Source: a bacterium
Lineage (GTDB): Bacteria; Krumholzibacteriota; Krumholzibacteriia; LZORAL124-64-63
Reading direction: 5' to 3'
Assembly: GCA_024231905.1 (NCBI GenBank)
Contig: JAAEQC010000092.1
Span: forward strand, 88,726-152,725
Length of the DNA stretch: 64,000 bases
Part shown: positions 18,712-28,096 of the stretch, one piece after another
Position numbering within the stretch: the first letter of the stretch is position 1
Layout of the letters: each line of letters starts with the position of its first letter
Notes under the pieces: model-generated
Told to the model about the DNA's origin: nothing
Databases searched by the model: none
The model's input: only the letters and a program-made list of their open reading frames with translations
Made by a program: the position numbers and the translations under genes

Positions 18712-19509
18712 ATGATCGATCTGCTGAATATGCTGCTGCTGGCGGTGGTCCAGGGTTTCACCGAATTCCTGCCCATCAGCAGTTCCGGCCATCTGGTCCT
18801 GTTGCAGCGGGTGCTCGGCGCCCACGAGGGTGACCTCTTCTTCGACGTGGTCCTGCACGTGGGCACCCTGGGGTCGGTGTTGGTGGTTTACCGGGCCGAG
18901 GTGCGGCGCCTGTTGCGTCTGGACGCGGCGGCCCGGGCCTACGTGATGGCCCTGGTGGTGGGCACCCTGCCGGCGGTAGTGGTGGGCCTGGTGGCCAAGG
19001 ACGCCGTGGAGGCCGTATTCAGCCGGCCGATCTTCGCCGCGGGCGGACTGCTCCTGACCGCCGTTGTGCTCTTCTCGACGCGGGCCGCCTACCGGTCAGG
19101 CCAGGCGGCGGCGGGGGCGTGGGAGCCCCGGGCGCCCCGTCCCTGGCGGGCCCTGGTGGTGGGGACGGCCCAGGCCCTGGCCATCCTGCCGGGGGTGAGC
19201 CGCTCGGGCTCTACCATCGCTGCCTGTCTGTGGTTGGGTGTGGAACGAACCGAGGCGGCGCGCTTCAGCTTCCTGCTCTCGGTGCCGGCCATCGCCGGCG
19301 CGCTGGTGCTGCAGCTGGCCGATGGCGCCGTCGGTACGGGTCTCGACGCCCGCACGGCGGCGTCCTTCCTCCTGGCGGCGGCGGCGGCCTTCGGAGTGGG
19401 CCTGCTGGCTATTCGCTGGACGGCCCTGGCGGTGGTACGGGCGCACTTCTGGAAGTTCAGCTTCTATTGCCTGGCGGTGGGCGCCGTCGCCCTGGGAGTG
19501 CTGCTCTGA
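18712..19509 (+). CDS. uppP: undecaprenyl-diphosphate phosphatase
   Basis: VVQGFTEFLPISSSGHLVL and PGVSRSGSTI signatures. Polytopic membrane protein, 265 aa. Confidence 0.9.
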   Translation: MIDLLNMLLLAVVQGFTEFLPISSSGHLVLLQRVLGAHEGDLFFDVVLHVGTLGSVLVVYRAEVRRLLRLDAAARAYVMALVVGTLPAVVVGLVAKDAVEAVFSRPIFAAGGLLLTAVVLFSTRAAYRSGQAAAGAWEPRAPRPWRALVVGTAQALAILPGVSRSGSTIAACLWLGVERTEAARFSFLLSVPAIAGALVLQLADGAVGTGLDARTAASFLLAAAAAFGVGLLAIRWTALAVVRAHFWKFSFYCLAVGAVALGVLL

Positions 19510-19515
19510 GGTGGA

Positions 19516-19893
19516 TCAGCGGGGGGCGCCGGAAGGCACGAGCCTGGTCAGCGTTTCCTGGACCCGCTCGTGGTCGAAGGGCTTGATGATGAAGTCGCGG
19601 GCGCCGGCCTTGATGGCCGCCAGTACCTGGTCCTTCTGGCCGAGGGCCGAGATCATGACCACCAGGGCGTCCGCGTCCTCGTGGAGGATGGCCTCCAGGG
19701 CCTCGGTCCCGTCCAGGTTGGGCATGGTGATGTCCATGAGGACCACTTCCGGCCGGGTCTGACGCCAGGCCGCCAGAGCCTCGAAACCGTCCACCGCTTC
19801 GGCCACCACGCGCCAGCCCATGTCCTCGACGATCTCTTTGAGCATCACCCGCATGAAGTCGGCGTCATCGACGATGAGGACGGTATGGGCCAA
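19516..19893 (-). CDS. single-domain response regulator (CheY-like)
   Basis: TTG 19893 with GGAGG 6 nt upstream gives (M)AHTVLIVDDADFMR. Phospho-acceptor context VVLMDITMPNLDG, then ISALG and KPF. Confidence 0.85.
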   Translation of the reverse strand: MAHTVLIVDDADFMRVMLKEIVEDMGWRVVAEAVDGFEALAAWRQTRPEVVLMDITMPNLDGTEALEAILHEDADALVVMISALGQKDQVLAAIKAGARDFIIKPFDHERVQETLTRLVPSGAPR

Positions 19894-20006
19894 GGTGCAC
19901 CTCCGTGCGGATCGTAGGGGTGTCGGGCCACCGGCGGCGCGTTCGGGGGCGCCGGGGGACGGTTCTGCCTCGTACACCTAATTGATCGACATGGGGGGCA
20001 TGGACT

Positions 20007-22148
20007 TTAGCGGCGCCGGACCTCGGATCGCAGACGGTCCCGGGCGGCCCGCAGACGGGGGTCATCGGGCCGCAGTTCGAGGGCGCGGGAGACGGCTTCG
20101 AGGGCTTCGGCGCTGTCGCCCCGGCGGGCCAGGAGACCGCCCAGGTTGGCCCAGGCCTGGAAGAGCCGTGGGTTGATGGCGACCGCACGCCGGAAGGCCC
20201 GTTCGGCCGCCTCGGTGTCGCCGAGGGTAACCGCGCACACGCCCGCATTTACGGCGGCTTCGGCCAGACGGGGATTGGCGGCCAGGGCGGCCTGGAACTC
20301 TTCGCGGGCGGCCGCGGCCTCCCGGCGGCCCAGCAGGGCGGTGCCCAGGTTGTGGCGCAGGATGGCATGGTCGGGTCGCACGGCGGCGCCGCGGCGCAGG
20401 GCGGCCAGGGCGCCGTCCTCGTCGCCGGCGAGACCCAGGAAGCGGCTTGCGGCCAGATAGAAGTCCGCCCGACGGGCGGTGCCCAGGTCGTCGCGCTCGG
20501 CCCTGCGTAGGAGCCCCGCGGCACGCGCGTCCGGAGCGGTGCCGGCGGACGGATCCGTGGCGGAGATGAAGACGACTGCAGCCTGGCCGGCATGGGCCAG
20601 GCGCCAGGAGGGGGAAGCGGCCAGATCGTCGATGAGAGGCCCGAAGACGCTGCCGACGGTCAGGCAGATCGCGTCGGGACCGGTCCGTTGCAGCAGTTCG
20701 AGGGCTGGGGCGCCGCCCCGGCGCAGGATGTCGTAGCCCTGCCAGGCACGGGGCGGGTAGGCTTCCGTGCGGCCGTCGATCCACAGTCGCGCGCGGGTGA
20801 CCGCCAGGAGGCAACCGGCGGCGTCCACGTTGGCCGCCACACGTCCGGCGCCGTGGCCCCGCAACCAGAGGGCCGCGTTGCCGGGAGCGTGGGACGGGGT
20901 CAGTCCGCCGCCGAAGCGGCGCGCCACGCCTTCCCGCAGATAGAAGTCGTCGTTCACCAGGCGGGGCCAGAGCAGCCCGACCACCACGGCGAACAACATG
21001 ACCGAGGCCACGGCGGCCGGAAGACGGCGGGCCGGGCCGGGCCACCAACGGGACCAGGGAGTGCGGGGGCCGGTCACGGGCGCCGTATGCAGCAGCATGA
21101 GAGCGACCGCGTAGGGTCCGAGACCCCGCTGACCCGCCAGCGCCACACCGACCGCGGCCAGCCATACCAGCACTCGCAGCAAGGGGATCCGGCCCCACTG
21201 GGCAACGATCCACAGGGCTCCCCAGACGAGGCTCAGGCGGAACAGGATCAGGGTGAACCCGAGGGCGTTGGTGGTTTCCAGGAGCGGTACCAATTCGGCG
21301 ATCATGCTGCTCAGGTTCGGTCCATCGGCACCGAACTGTCCCAAGGCCCGCAGGGGATAGGTCCAGCCTGCGGATCCATTGGGTGAGATTCCCAGGGCCG
21401 CCAGTGCCAGGACCGCGCCACCGAGGCCCACGGCCAGGATCCGGCCTGCCGACGGTCTCGGCGAGGTGGTTGCCGTCTCCGACCGTAGCCAGGGGGCCAG
21501 CAGCGCTCCGACCGTACCCAGCACCCACAGCACCGGCGCGGCAGCAGCGAAACCGTGGAACTGGACCCAGGCGAGGGTGATGACCAGGGCTTGTCCACCC
21601 GGACAGCGGGGATCCAACCAGGTACGCCAGCCCGGCGCGGACGCCAGGGAATCCGGACCGAGGGCCCGTTCGACCGTTCGCACCATCAACACGAGGCAGA
21701 CGAAGGAGATCAGCTCGGGGCGCAGGATGAGGCGCGTCCAGAGGAGTCCGAGGCCCAGGAGTAGTCCCAGACCCACTCCGAGCAGCGCTCCTGCTCCCGT
21801 GGTGCCCCGCAGGCGGTCGCGACCGCCGTCGCCCAGCAGCAGCACGCCCACCAGGGCCAGGGCCAGGACCGTCCGCAGACCGTGCCAGCCGGCTACGGCG
21901 TCCGGATTCCCTTCCGGGGGACCCAGCGCGGCCACCAGCACCTGGAAGGCCCATTCGTGGTTCACCCAGGGTTCGTCCGGAAAGGTGAAGCTGTAGGTAT
22001 TCGTGCCGGTGAAGCCGTCTCCGGCGAGGATGTCCCGTCCCGCACGAGCGTGGAGCCACACGTCCCGGTCCGAGAGACTGTGCCAGGCCAGAAGCCCGGT
22101 GGTGATAACCAGAACGGCGAGCCAACTCCAGGCCAGCAGGAGGTGCAT
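20007..22148 (-). CDS. polytopic membrane protein (GT-C-like N-terminal domain) fused to C-terminal TPR repeats
   Basis: ATG 22148 (MHLLLAWSWLAVLVITTGLL; an alternative ATG lies at 22217). Many hydrophobic segments, with an early loop FPDEPWVNHEW. The C-terminal approximately 200 aa are TPR repeats (AEAAVNAGVCAVTLGDTEAAERAFRRAVAINP...). Confidence 0.6.
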   Translation of the reverse strand: MHLLLAWSWLAVLVITTGLLAWHSLSDRDVWLHARAGRDILAGDGFTGTNTYSFTFPDEPWVNHEWAFQVLVAALGPPEGNPDAVAGWHGLRTVLALALVGVLLLGDGGRDRLRGTTGAGALLGVGLGLLLGLGLLWTRLILRPELISFVCLVLMVRTVERALGPDSLASAPGWRTWLDPRCPGGQALVITLAWVQFHGFAAAAPVLWVLGTVGALLAPWLRSETATTSPRPSAGRILAVGLGGAVLALAALGISPNGSAGWTYPLRALGQFGADGPNLSSMIAELVPLLETTNALGFTLILFRLSLVWGALWIVAQWGRIPLLRVLVWLAAVGVALAGQRGLGPYAVALMLLHTAPVTGPRTPWSRWWPGPARRLPAAVASVMLFAVVVGLLWPRLVNDDFYLREGVARRFGGGLTPSHAPGNAALWLRGHGAGRVAANVDAAGCLLAVTRARLWIDGRTEAYPPRAWQGYDILRRGGAPALELLQRTGPDAICLTVGSVFGPLIDDLAASPSWRLAHAGQAAVVFISATDPSAGTAPDARAAGLLRRAERDDLGTARRADFYLAASRFLGLAGDEDGALAALRRGAAVRPDHAILRHNLGTALLGRREAAAAREEFQAALAANPRLAEAAVNAGVCAVTLGDTEAAERAFRRAVAINPRLFQAWANLGGLLARRGDSAEALEAVSRALELRPDDPRLRAARDRLRSEVRRR

Positions 22149-22497
22149 GCGGCGCGCGGACGAAGCGGTCAAGAGCGGCTCCGGGGTTGATGTGGACGTC
22201 CCGCAAAAACCTAACATCGGGCCCTGCGGCGGGACAGCATTTCGTTTGACAAACTGGCTCGAGGAACAGGTGGTGCCTTGACAAAATGTCAAGACCGCGA
22301 CCGGTTTTGATCTCAAGCGACCCTCATTATCGATGTTCAAATTTGTAAAGTCAACAGAAGCAAGACGTTATTCGACCGTGAAAAAGTTAAGGAATTCCTA
22401 AGATGTGGTACGTGAATTGTAATAGGACGAGTGAAATCACGGCAGCCCCCGCCCCGAATACACTGACCAGGGGGACCCGGACGCAGAGGAGAGAAGC

Positions 22498-23475
22498 ATG
22501 GCGAAGACGATGAGAACGGCCAAGAAGACCAAGACGGCCAAGGCCCGCAAGACCACCAAGGCCGCCAAGACGACCAGGGCGAGCAAGGCCCGCTCCGCCA
22601 AGACGCGGCGCAGCACTTCCCCCGCCGCGGCCCAGCTCATGAGCAACCTGGATCTGTATTTCCAGGAGGTCAAGGCATACAACCTGCTGACCCGGGACGA
22701 GGAATGCGAACTCGCGCGGGGCATCCACGCCAACGACAGCGAGAGCCTGCACAAACTGGTCAAGGCCAACCTGCGCTTCGTGGTGTCCATCGCCAAGGAA
22801 TACGCCCACTACGGTGTGCCCCTGGAGGACCTCATCAACGAGGGCAACCTGGGCCTGCTGAAGGCGGCCCAGCGTTTCGACGAGACGCGCGGCTACAAGT
22901 TCATCTCCTACGCGGTGTGGTGGATCCGGCAGTCGATCCTGGCGGCCCTGGCCAACCACAGCAAGATCGTGCGCATGCCCCTGAACCGGGCGCGTGTACT
23001 GAATCAGATCAAGCGAGCGAGCGGCGAACTCCAGCAGAAGCTCCGGCGCAAGCCCGAGCCCGAGGAAATCGCGGCGAAGCTCGGCCTATCCCTCGAGGAA
23101 GTCAAGGACACCCTGCCCCTCATGCAGGACAACTTCTTTCTGGACGACTACGTGGGCAATGACGAAGACAGCACGTACCTGGACTTCCTCGAGGACACCA
23201 ATGGCGTAGGTCCCGACAACAAGGTCATGGAGGACGATCTGCACACGTCCATTGGCCGCATGCTCGGCGACCTCAAGGAGCGCGAGGCCAAGGTACTCCG
23301 CATGTACTACGGCCTCGGCACGGATCACGAAATGACGCTGGAGGAGATCGGCCAGAAAATGGGGCTGACCCGCGAGCGTATCCGGCAGATCAAGGAAGAG
23401 GCCTTCGACAAGATTCGGTCGAGCAAGGCCTTCAAGTATATGCACGACTATGCCGAGGAGCAGCAGCGTACCTGA
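22498..23475 (+). CDS. RNA polymerase sigma factor, sigma-70 family (group 1/2-like, short form) with highly basic N-terminal tail
   Basis: Regions 1.2-4.2 are recognisable: LYFQEVKAYNLLTRDEE, LVKANLRFVVSIAKEY, DLINEGNLGLLKAAQRFD, YAVWWIRQSI and TLEEIGQKMGLTRERIRQIKEEA. 325 aa. Confidence 0.9.
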   Translation: MAKTMRTAKKTKTAKARKTTKAAKTTRASKARSAKTRRSTSPAAAQLMSNLDLYFQEVKAYNLLTRDEECELARGIHANDSESLHKLVKANLRFVVSIAKEYAHYGVPLEDLINEGNLGLLKAAQRFDETRGYKFISYAVWWIRQSILAALANHSKIVRMPLNRARVLNQIKRASGELQQKLRRKPEPEEIAAKLGLSLEEVKDTLPLMQDNFFLDDYVGNDEDSTYLDFLEDTNGVGPDNKVMEDDLHTSIGRMLGDLKEREAKVLRMYYGLGTDHEMTLEEIGQKMGLTRERIRQIKEEAFDKIRSSKAFKYMHDYAEEQQRT

Positions 23476-23517
23476 CGCTCGGCAACCAGCGGAACGATCC
23501 TATCACTTGGGAGAAGG

Positions 23518-23552
23518 ACAGGGCCCCGACGGCAACGGGGCCCTGTTTCTTT
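23518..23552 (+). terminator. rho-independent terminator after sigma factor gene
   Basis: 11-bp stem acagggccccg / cggggccctgt with a 7-nt loop, followed by ttcttt. Confidence 0.6.
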
Positions 23553-23565
23553 GGTCGAGCTCTGT

Positions 23566-24204
23566 TCAGACGGCCGATTCACCCAGGTCGCGCCAGGCCA
23601 GGGCGTCGGCGCTCGCTTCCACGAGACGTTCACGGAGTTCGCCCGCCCGTCCACGGGGCAACCAGACCGTCCAGCGGACCTCCGCCCCGTATTCCTCTGA
23701 CTCGATCCGGCCTTCGTGACCGTCCAGATGGTGACGAACGGTCTTCTGCAGGGCGTAGGGGAAGACCAGTTCCGCCCGCACGCCCAGCAGGACGGTGCGC
23801 CGCGCGGCCGCGGCGACGGCCAGGGCGGCGGCTTCCCCGTAGGCCCGGCCCAGGCCGCCCGTACCCAGCTTCACCCCGCCGAACCAGCGCACGACCACGC
23901 CCACGCAGTCGGTGATGCCCGCCTGGCGCAGGGCCCGCAGGATGGGTTCGCCGGCGGTGCCGGCCGGTTCGCCGCTGTCGGCGCGGATCTCCCGGGGGTC
24001 GTCAACCAGGCCGAACCGAGCGGCCCAGCACACATGGCGGGCGTCGTGGTGGCGGCGGCCGATTTCGTCCACGTAGGCCCGGGCGGCCGCTTCGTCGGCC
24101 ACCGGAGCGGCGTAGGCCACGAAGCGGGACCGCTGGACGCGGGTCTCTGCCTGGCCCGGAGTACCGAGGGTGTCGAAGGACCCTGGAGGGGGGGCGGCGG
24201 TCAT
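23566..24204 (-). CDS. yigZ: YigZ / IMPACT-family protein (UPF0029)
   Basis: RSRFVAYAAPV..., HHDARHVCWA, GEPAGTAGEPIL and VVRWFGGVKLGTGGLGRAY signatures. Confidence 0.8.
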   Translation of the reverse strand: MTAAPPPGSFDTLGTPGQAETRVQRSRFVAYAAPVADEAAARAYVDEIGRRHHDARHVCWAARFGLVDDPREIRADSGEPAGTAGEPILRALRQAGITDCVGVVVRWFGGVKLGTGGLGRAYGEAAALAVAAAARRTVLLGVRAELVFPYALQKTVRHHLDGHEGRIESEEYGAEVRWTVWLPRGRAGELRERLVEASADALAWRDLGESAV

Positions 24205-24436
24205 GGAGCGGATCCTCCCGCGGTGTCCGGATTCCGTCCGGCCGGGTTCTGGGGACGGCGCGACCTGTGTTTCCGGCCACTACTCCAAAGAGCCTAAACC
24301 ATGGCGCCGCAGGCGGCAACGACCATGGCACCGGGTTTGGGAAACTGGCACCCGGCTTGCATTTGCGGTCCTGTCGGCGGCCTTCCGGCCGTCGCGAGGT
24401 CTTGGTCGTTCCAGCCGGGAGGCGCGTGTGGCAATC

Positions 24437-25126
24437 ATGAGAGACAGGTTCGGCAACGGGGTGCGGACGGGGCTGCAGTCCATCCTCGCGGTGCTGCTGC
24501 TGGCGGTACTCGTCCTGCCGGTGGCCGCCCAGGAGAAGGCCCCCGGCGACGATCCGGCGGCGGATGCCGAACCCAGGACCTATCCCAATCCGCGTCTCTC
24601 GCTGCCGCGCAGCAGTCTGCATGACCCCTTCGACGATCACGTCCTGGTGGCCGGCTATGCGGCGGTGGGCGGCGGCATCCACAGCGCGTGGGAGTCCGGC
24701 CGCATCGGGTACGGCGGCGCTCTCGTCTTCCGCCCCGGCGCTGCCAACAGTTTTTTGGACTTCCTCTACGACTGGAATGCGGGCGCCGTCCTCCAGATCG
24801 ATCACCAGAACCTGGGCGGCAACGACGAAGTCCTGTCCGGCGACGGCATCGTCCGTCGCTACTTCAGGAACCGCGGCGACGACAACACCGAGGTGAGGAT
24901 CTTCGCCGGCGTCGGCGTCGGCGCCACGCGTTTCAGCGTGCCCGGAACCGGCGGCCTGGCGTCGGACAAGTACTTCAGCGCCGTGGGCGAAGTGGGCCAG
25001 GAGTGGCTTGTGGACCGCCGCGGCTACTTCTTCGTCAAAGCCCAGTTCCGCTACCATCTCCAGCAGGGGCGCAACTACCGGGTCTGGTCCGTGCAAGCGG
25101 GCGCCGGACTGCCCTGGCCGTTCTAG
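24437..25126 (+). CDS. putative small outer-membrane beta-barrel protein
   Basis: ATG 24437. Signal peptide ILAVLLLAVLVLPVAA|QEK. Gly/aromatic-rich alternating segments. C-terminal ...GAGLPWPF (terminal Phe). Confidence 0.45.
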   Translation: MRDRFGNGVRTGLQSILAVLLLAVLVLPVAAQEKAPGDDPAADAEPRTYPNPRLSLPRSSLHDPFDDHVLVAGYAAVGGGIHSAWESGRIGYGGALVFRPGAANSFLDFLYDWNAGAVLQIDHQNLGGNDEVLSGDGIVRRYFRNRGDDNTEVRIFAGVGVGATRFSVPGTGGLASDKYFSAVGEVGQEWLVDRRGYFFVKAQFRYHLQQGRNYRVWSVQAGAGLPWPF

Positions 25127-25245
25127 ATCGCTCCTGACCGGGGGTGACCGCCGCCTCCGGATCCGCTATATTGGCATGGTCACCCCGCCTGCTACCGGCA
25201 CCCGGCGGCCCCCGGCCGCCGGCGCCACATCCCTGCGAGGTTGAG

Positions 25246-26052
25246 ATGATTCGCCTGCGACACCTGTCCGTGCCCGGGTCCGTGTTCCTGTTGGCCTGCA
25301 GCCTGCTCCTGGCCGCGGCCCCGGCGTCGGCCCAGCCCGAACTCTCCTACGCCCAATATCGGGCCATGTCCTGGGCGGCCGACCGCATCGACCACATGAC
25401 GACCTTCGAGCCCATGGCCGGGGAGCCGGGGATGTTCCTGGCCGTGGCTGAACGCTTCGGCACGATCCTGGTTTACCGGTCCACGGCCCAGGGAATCCGG
25501 CGGGAGTGGAAGAGCGCGCACCTGGGCGGGATCCCCGAGGAACTGCTGGTGGCTGATCTGGACGGGGATGGCTTCGACGACTCGCTCGTCTGCCGGACGT
25601 CTGCCGGCAAGATCTACGTTTGGAGCCTGGAGAACTACGCCCAGACCTGGGAATCCCTCCAGGGCGAGTACGAGCGGATCAGCTGCTTCACCACCGCCAA
25701 CGTGGACCAGGACGAGGCCAGAGAAATCATCCTGCTGGGGGATGAGAAGATCCACTACGTGGACGGGACGAGCTTCGCCAAGGAGTTCACGAGCATCGCC
25801 GACTACTCGGCCACCATGATGCGTTGCGGGGACGTGGACGGCGACGGACGCCCGGAGATAGTCCTGAATTCGGGCCAGATCGTGGACACTGGTACGGGCG
25901 AAGTGGAGTGGGACGAGGAGCAGTTCTTCAGCCGCATCGAACTGCTGGACATCGACGGCGACGGCACGCCGGAGATCTTCACCGAGAACGAGATCGGCGG
26001 CGGTCTCAAGGTCTTCAACGCCGGTTACCGTTCAGAGGTGCGCTTCCAGTAG
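25246..26052 (+). CDS. exported FG-GAP/VCBS-repeat protein
   Basis: ATG 25246. Signal peptide ...LLLAAAPASA|QPE. Repeated Ca-binding-like DxDxDG motifs: VADLDGDGFDD, CGDVDGDGRPE and LLDIDGDGTPE. Confidence 0.65.
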   Translation: MIRLRHLSVPGSVFLLACSLLLAAAPASAQPELSYAQYRAMSWAADRIDHMTTFEPMAGEPGMFLAVAERFGTILVYRSTAQGIRREWKSAHLGGIPEELLVADLDGDGFDDSLVCRTSAGKIYVWSLENYAQTWESLQGEYERISCFTTANVDQDEAREIILLGDEKIHYVDGTSFAKEFTSIADYSATMMRCGDVDGDGRPEIVLNSGQIVDTGTGEVEWDEEQFFSRIELLDIDGDGTPEIFTENEIGGGLKVFNAGYRSEVRFQ

Positions 26053-26062
26053 GTGGCGCTGC

Positions 26063-27847
26063 CTAGCGAATGCCCCGCATGACCTCGAGCATCTCGGCGG
26101 CGGGCTTGAAGGCCGACGTGCGTCCGTGGAGCACTTCGCCGCGGCTGTCGATGAAGACCACCCGCGGCAGGCCGGGCACCCGCAGTTCCGTCTTGATGGC
26201 TTCCATCTCCGCGTCGTCCGGATCGGTGGCGTCGACCTTGATCCGCACGAAGCGCTCGCTCTCGGCCACCACGTCCGGCACGTTCCACACGTCCTTGTCC
26301 AGCTTCTTGCAGTAGATGCACCACTCGGCCCAGAAGTCGATCATCACGGGTTGGCCGGCAGCCTTGGCCACGGCGCGTTGCTCGTCCAGGAAGGCCTGCA
26401 CGTTCTCGCCCGTGTGGATCTTCGTCCACTGGACCTTGGCGGGTAGCGCCGCCACTGTCTGCGCCGACGCGGCAGCCGGGGACTGGACCCGGGCCGGGGC
26501 GGAGGCGGCCACGGTGGATCCGTTGGCCGCGGGCTCCGGCAGGAACACGCCCTGCCGCACGAAGGATCCCACCAGGACATAGAGGCCCACCGCCAGGACG
26601 ATCAGACCGATTCCCTTGCGGGCGCGGTCCCACCAATGGGCGCCCTGGACCACCGGGTCGAAGGCGCCGATGAAGACCGCCACCAGCACCGTCGTGCCGC
26701 CCACCAGGGGGTAGAAGAGTTTGGCGGACAGCAGCACCGGCGGGCGCACGAACCAGAAGGCCATGACCAGCAGGAGCAGGCCCATGGCTTTCTTCACCGT
26801 GTCCATCCAGCCGCCGCTACGGGGCATGCTGCCCAGGAGGGCGGGGAAGGTGCCGACGCCGATGAGCAGCAGGCCCATGCCGATGCCGAAGGTGAAGAGG
26901 GCGAAGAAGCCCAGGACCCAGTTGCCCGTCGTGCCCACCCACACCAGCAGCGCGGCCAGGAAGGGGCCGACGCAGGGGCTGGCCACCAGGCCGGCGACCA
27001 TACCCATGGCGAAGACGCCGACGACGCCGCCGCGGCCCTGGCCGCCCGGTCCACCCAGGCGGTCGCGCAGGAAAGCGGGGGCCTGGAGTTCGAAGGCTCC
27101 GAACATGCTGAAGGCCAGCACCACCAGCAGGACGGCGATGGGTCCGACCACGGCCGGGCTCTGCATGTAGGCGGTGATGCCGCTGAAGACCGTGGCGCTC
27201 AGTGCGCCCAGCACGGCGTAGACCAGGGCCATGCCCAGCACGTAGGTCACGGACATGACCAGTCCGTGCCCGACGCCCTTCTCCTGGCTCTGGGCGCCGA
27301 TCACCGCCAGGGTGATGGGGATCATGGGGTAGATGCAGGGCGATAGGCTCATGAGGATGCCGAAACCGAACACCAACACCAGAAACAAGGGCAGGCCGCG
27401 GCGCTCGATGAAGGCGCTGATCCGGTCGGCCGACCATTCCTGGCCGTAGTCCACGGCGACTTCGCCACGCCATGCCGACACGGCGCCGGCCTCGCCGGCG
27501 AAGAGGGTGAAGGTCAGATCGCGCGGGCCGGGGGTCGCGTCCTCGGCCACGGGGGCGGCCCATTCCAGGCGCACTTGGCCGCCGGCGGCCGGATCACCCG
27601 CCGTCACGCGTAGGGGGTAGGCCGCACCCAGAACGTCCTGGCCTCCGGCGACTTCCAGGCGCAGGGCATCCGCCGCCACCGGACCGTCCAGTCCCACGGA
27701 GAATTCGATGACCAGGTCGCGACCGATCTCCGCCGCCGGCGGCGCCGCCGGTTCGAGGGTCGCGGCCCGGGCCGTGGCGGCCAGGAGCAGGATCGTGGCC
27801 AGGATCGCCAGGTGTTTCCCGGCGCCTGAAACGTGCTTCGTGGTCAT
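26063..27847 (-). CDS. dsbD: thiol:disulfide interchange protein DsbD (N-terminal periplasmic domain, DsbD-type TM core, C-terminal thioredoxin)
   Basis: ATG 27847 (MTTKHVSGAGKHLAILATILLLAA). TM-core motifs SPCIYPMIPIT and SPCVGPFLAA. C-terminal thioredoxin IDFWAEWCIYCKKLD. Confidence 0.8.
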   Translation of the reverse strand: MTTKHVSGAGKHLAILATILLLAATARAATLEPAAPPAAEIGRDLVIEFSVGLDGPVAADALRLEVAGGQDVLGAAYPLRVTAGDPAAGGQVRLEWAAPVAEDATPGPRDLTFTLFAGEAGAVSAWRGEVAVDYGQEWSADRISAFIERRGLPLFLVLVFGFGILMSLSPCIYPMIPITLAVIGAQSQEKGVGHGLVMSVTYVLGMALVYAVLGALSATVFSGITAYMQSPAVVGPIAVLLVVLAFSMFGAFELQAPAFLRDRLGGPGGQGRGGVVGVFAMGMVAGLVASPCVGPFLAALLVWVGTTGNWVLGFFALFTFGIGMGLLLIGVGTFPALLGSMPRSGGWMDTVKKAMGLLLLVMAFWFVRPPVLLSAKLFYPLVGGTTVLVAVFIGAFDPVVQGAHWWDRARKGIGLIVLAVGLYVLVGSFVRQGVFLPEPAANGSTVAASAPARVQSPAAASAQTVAALPAKVQWTKIHTGENVQAFLDEQRAVAKAAGQPVMIDFWAEWCIYCKKLDKDVWNVPDVVAESERFVRIKVDATDPDDAEMEAIKTELRVPGLPRVVFIDSRGEVLHGRTSAFKPAAEMLEVMRGIR

Positions 27848-28096
27848 CTTGAGCCGCACCTCTGGACAGGGAAGGCGGCGCCAACCGGGGCGCCGCGTCA
27901 CGTTCGTCATGGGAAAGCATACGACGAATACCCGTTTGCACAAGCCCCGGTTCCCGATGATCGATAAGAGTTGCGAAGGTTTGCATTCTATACCAAATTG
28001 ACCCGTGAGAGCGCATATCCGGCGTTGACGCCAAGCACCCGCGCTGTTCCCGACGAAATCGCACGGCACACGGATTCCCACTATTGGAGTGACACC

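Noticed and set aside
22390-22399. GAATTC-centred palindromes in three AT-rich intergenic regions (22390, 32621, 60203) as a shared operator motif.
   Set aside because: GAATTC also occurs at least eight more times inside ordinary coding regions of the window (for example near 11111, 18766, 25866, 27696, 34975, 35215 and 43679). The flanks of the three sites do not share a consensus, so this is probably a coincidence of AT-rich spacers.
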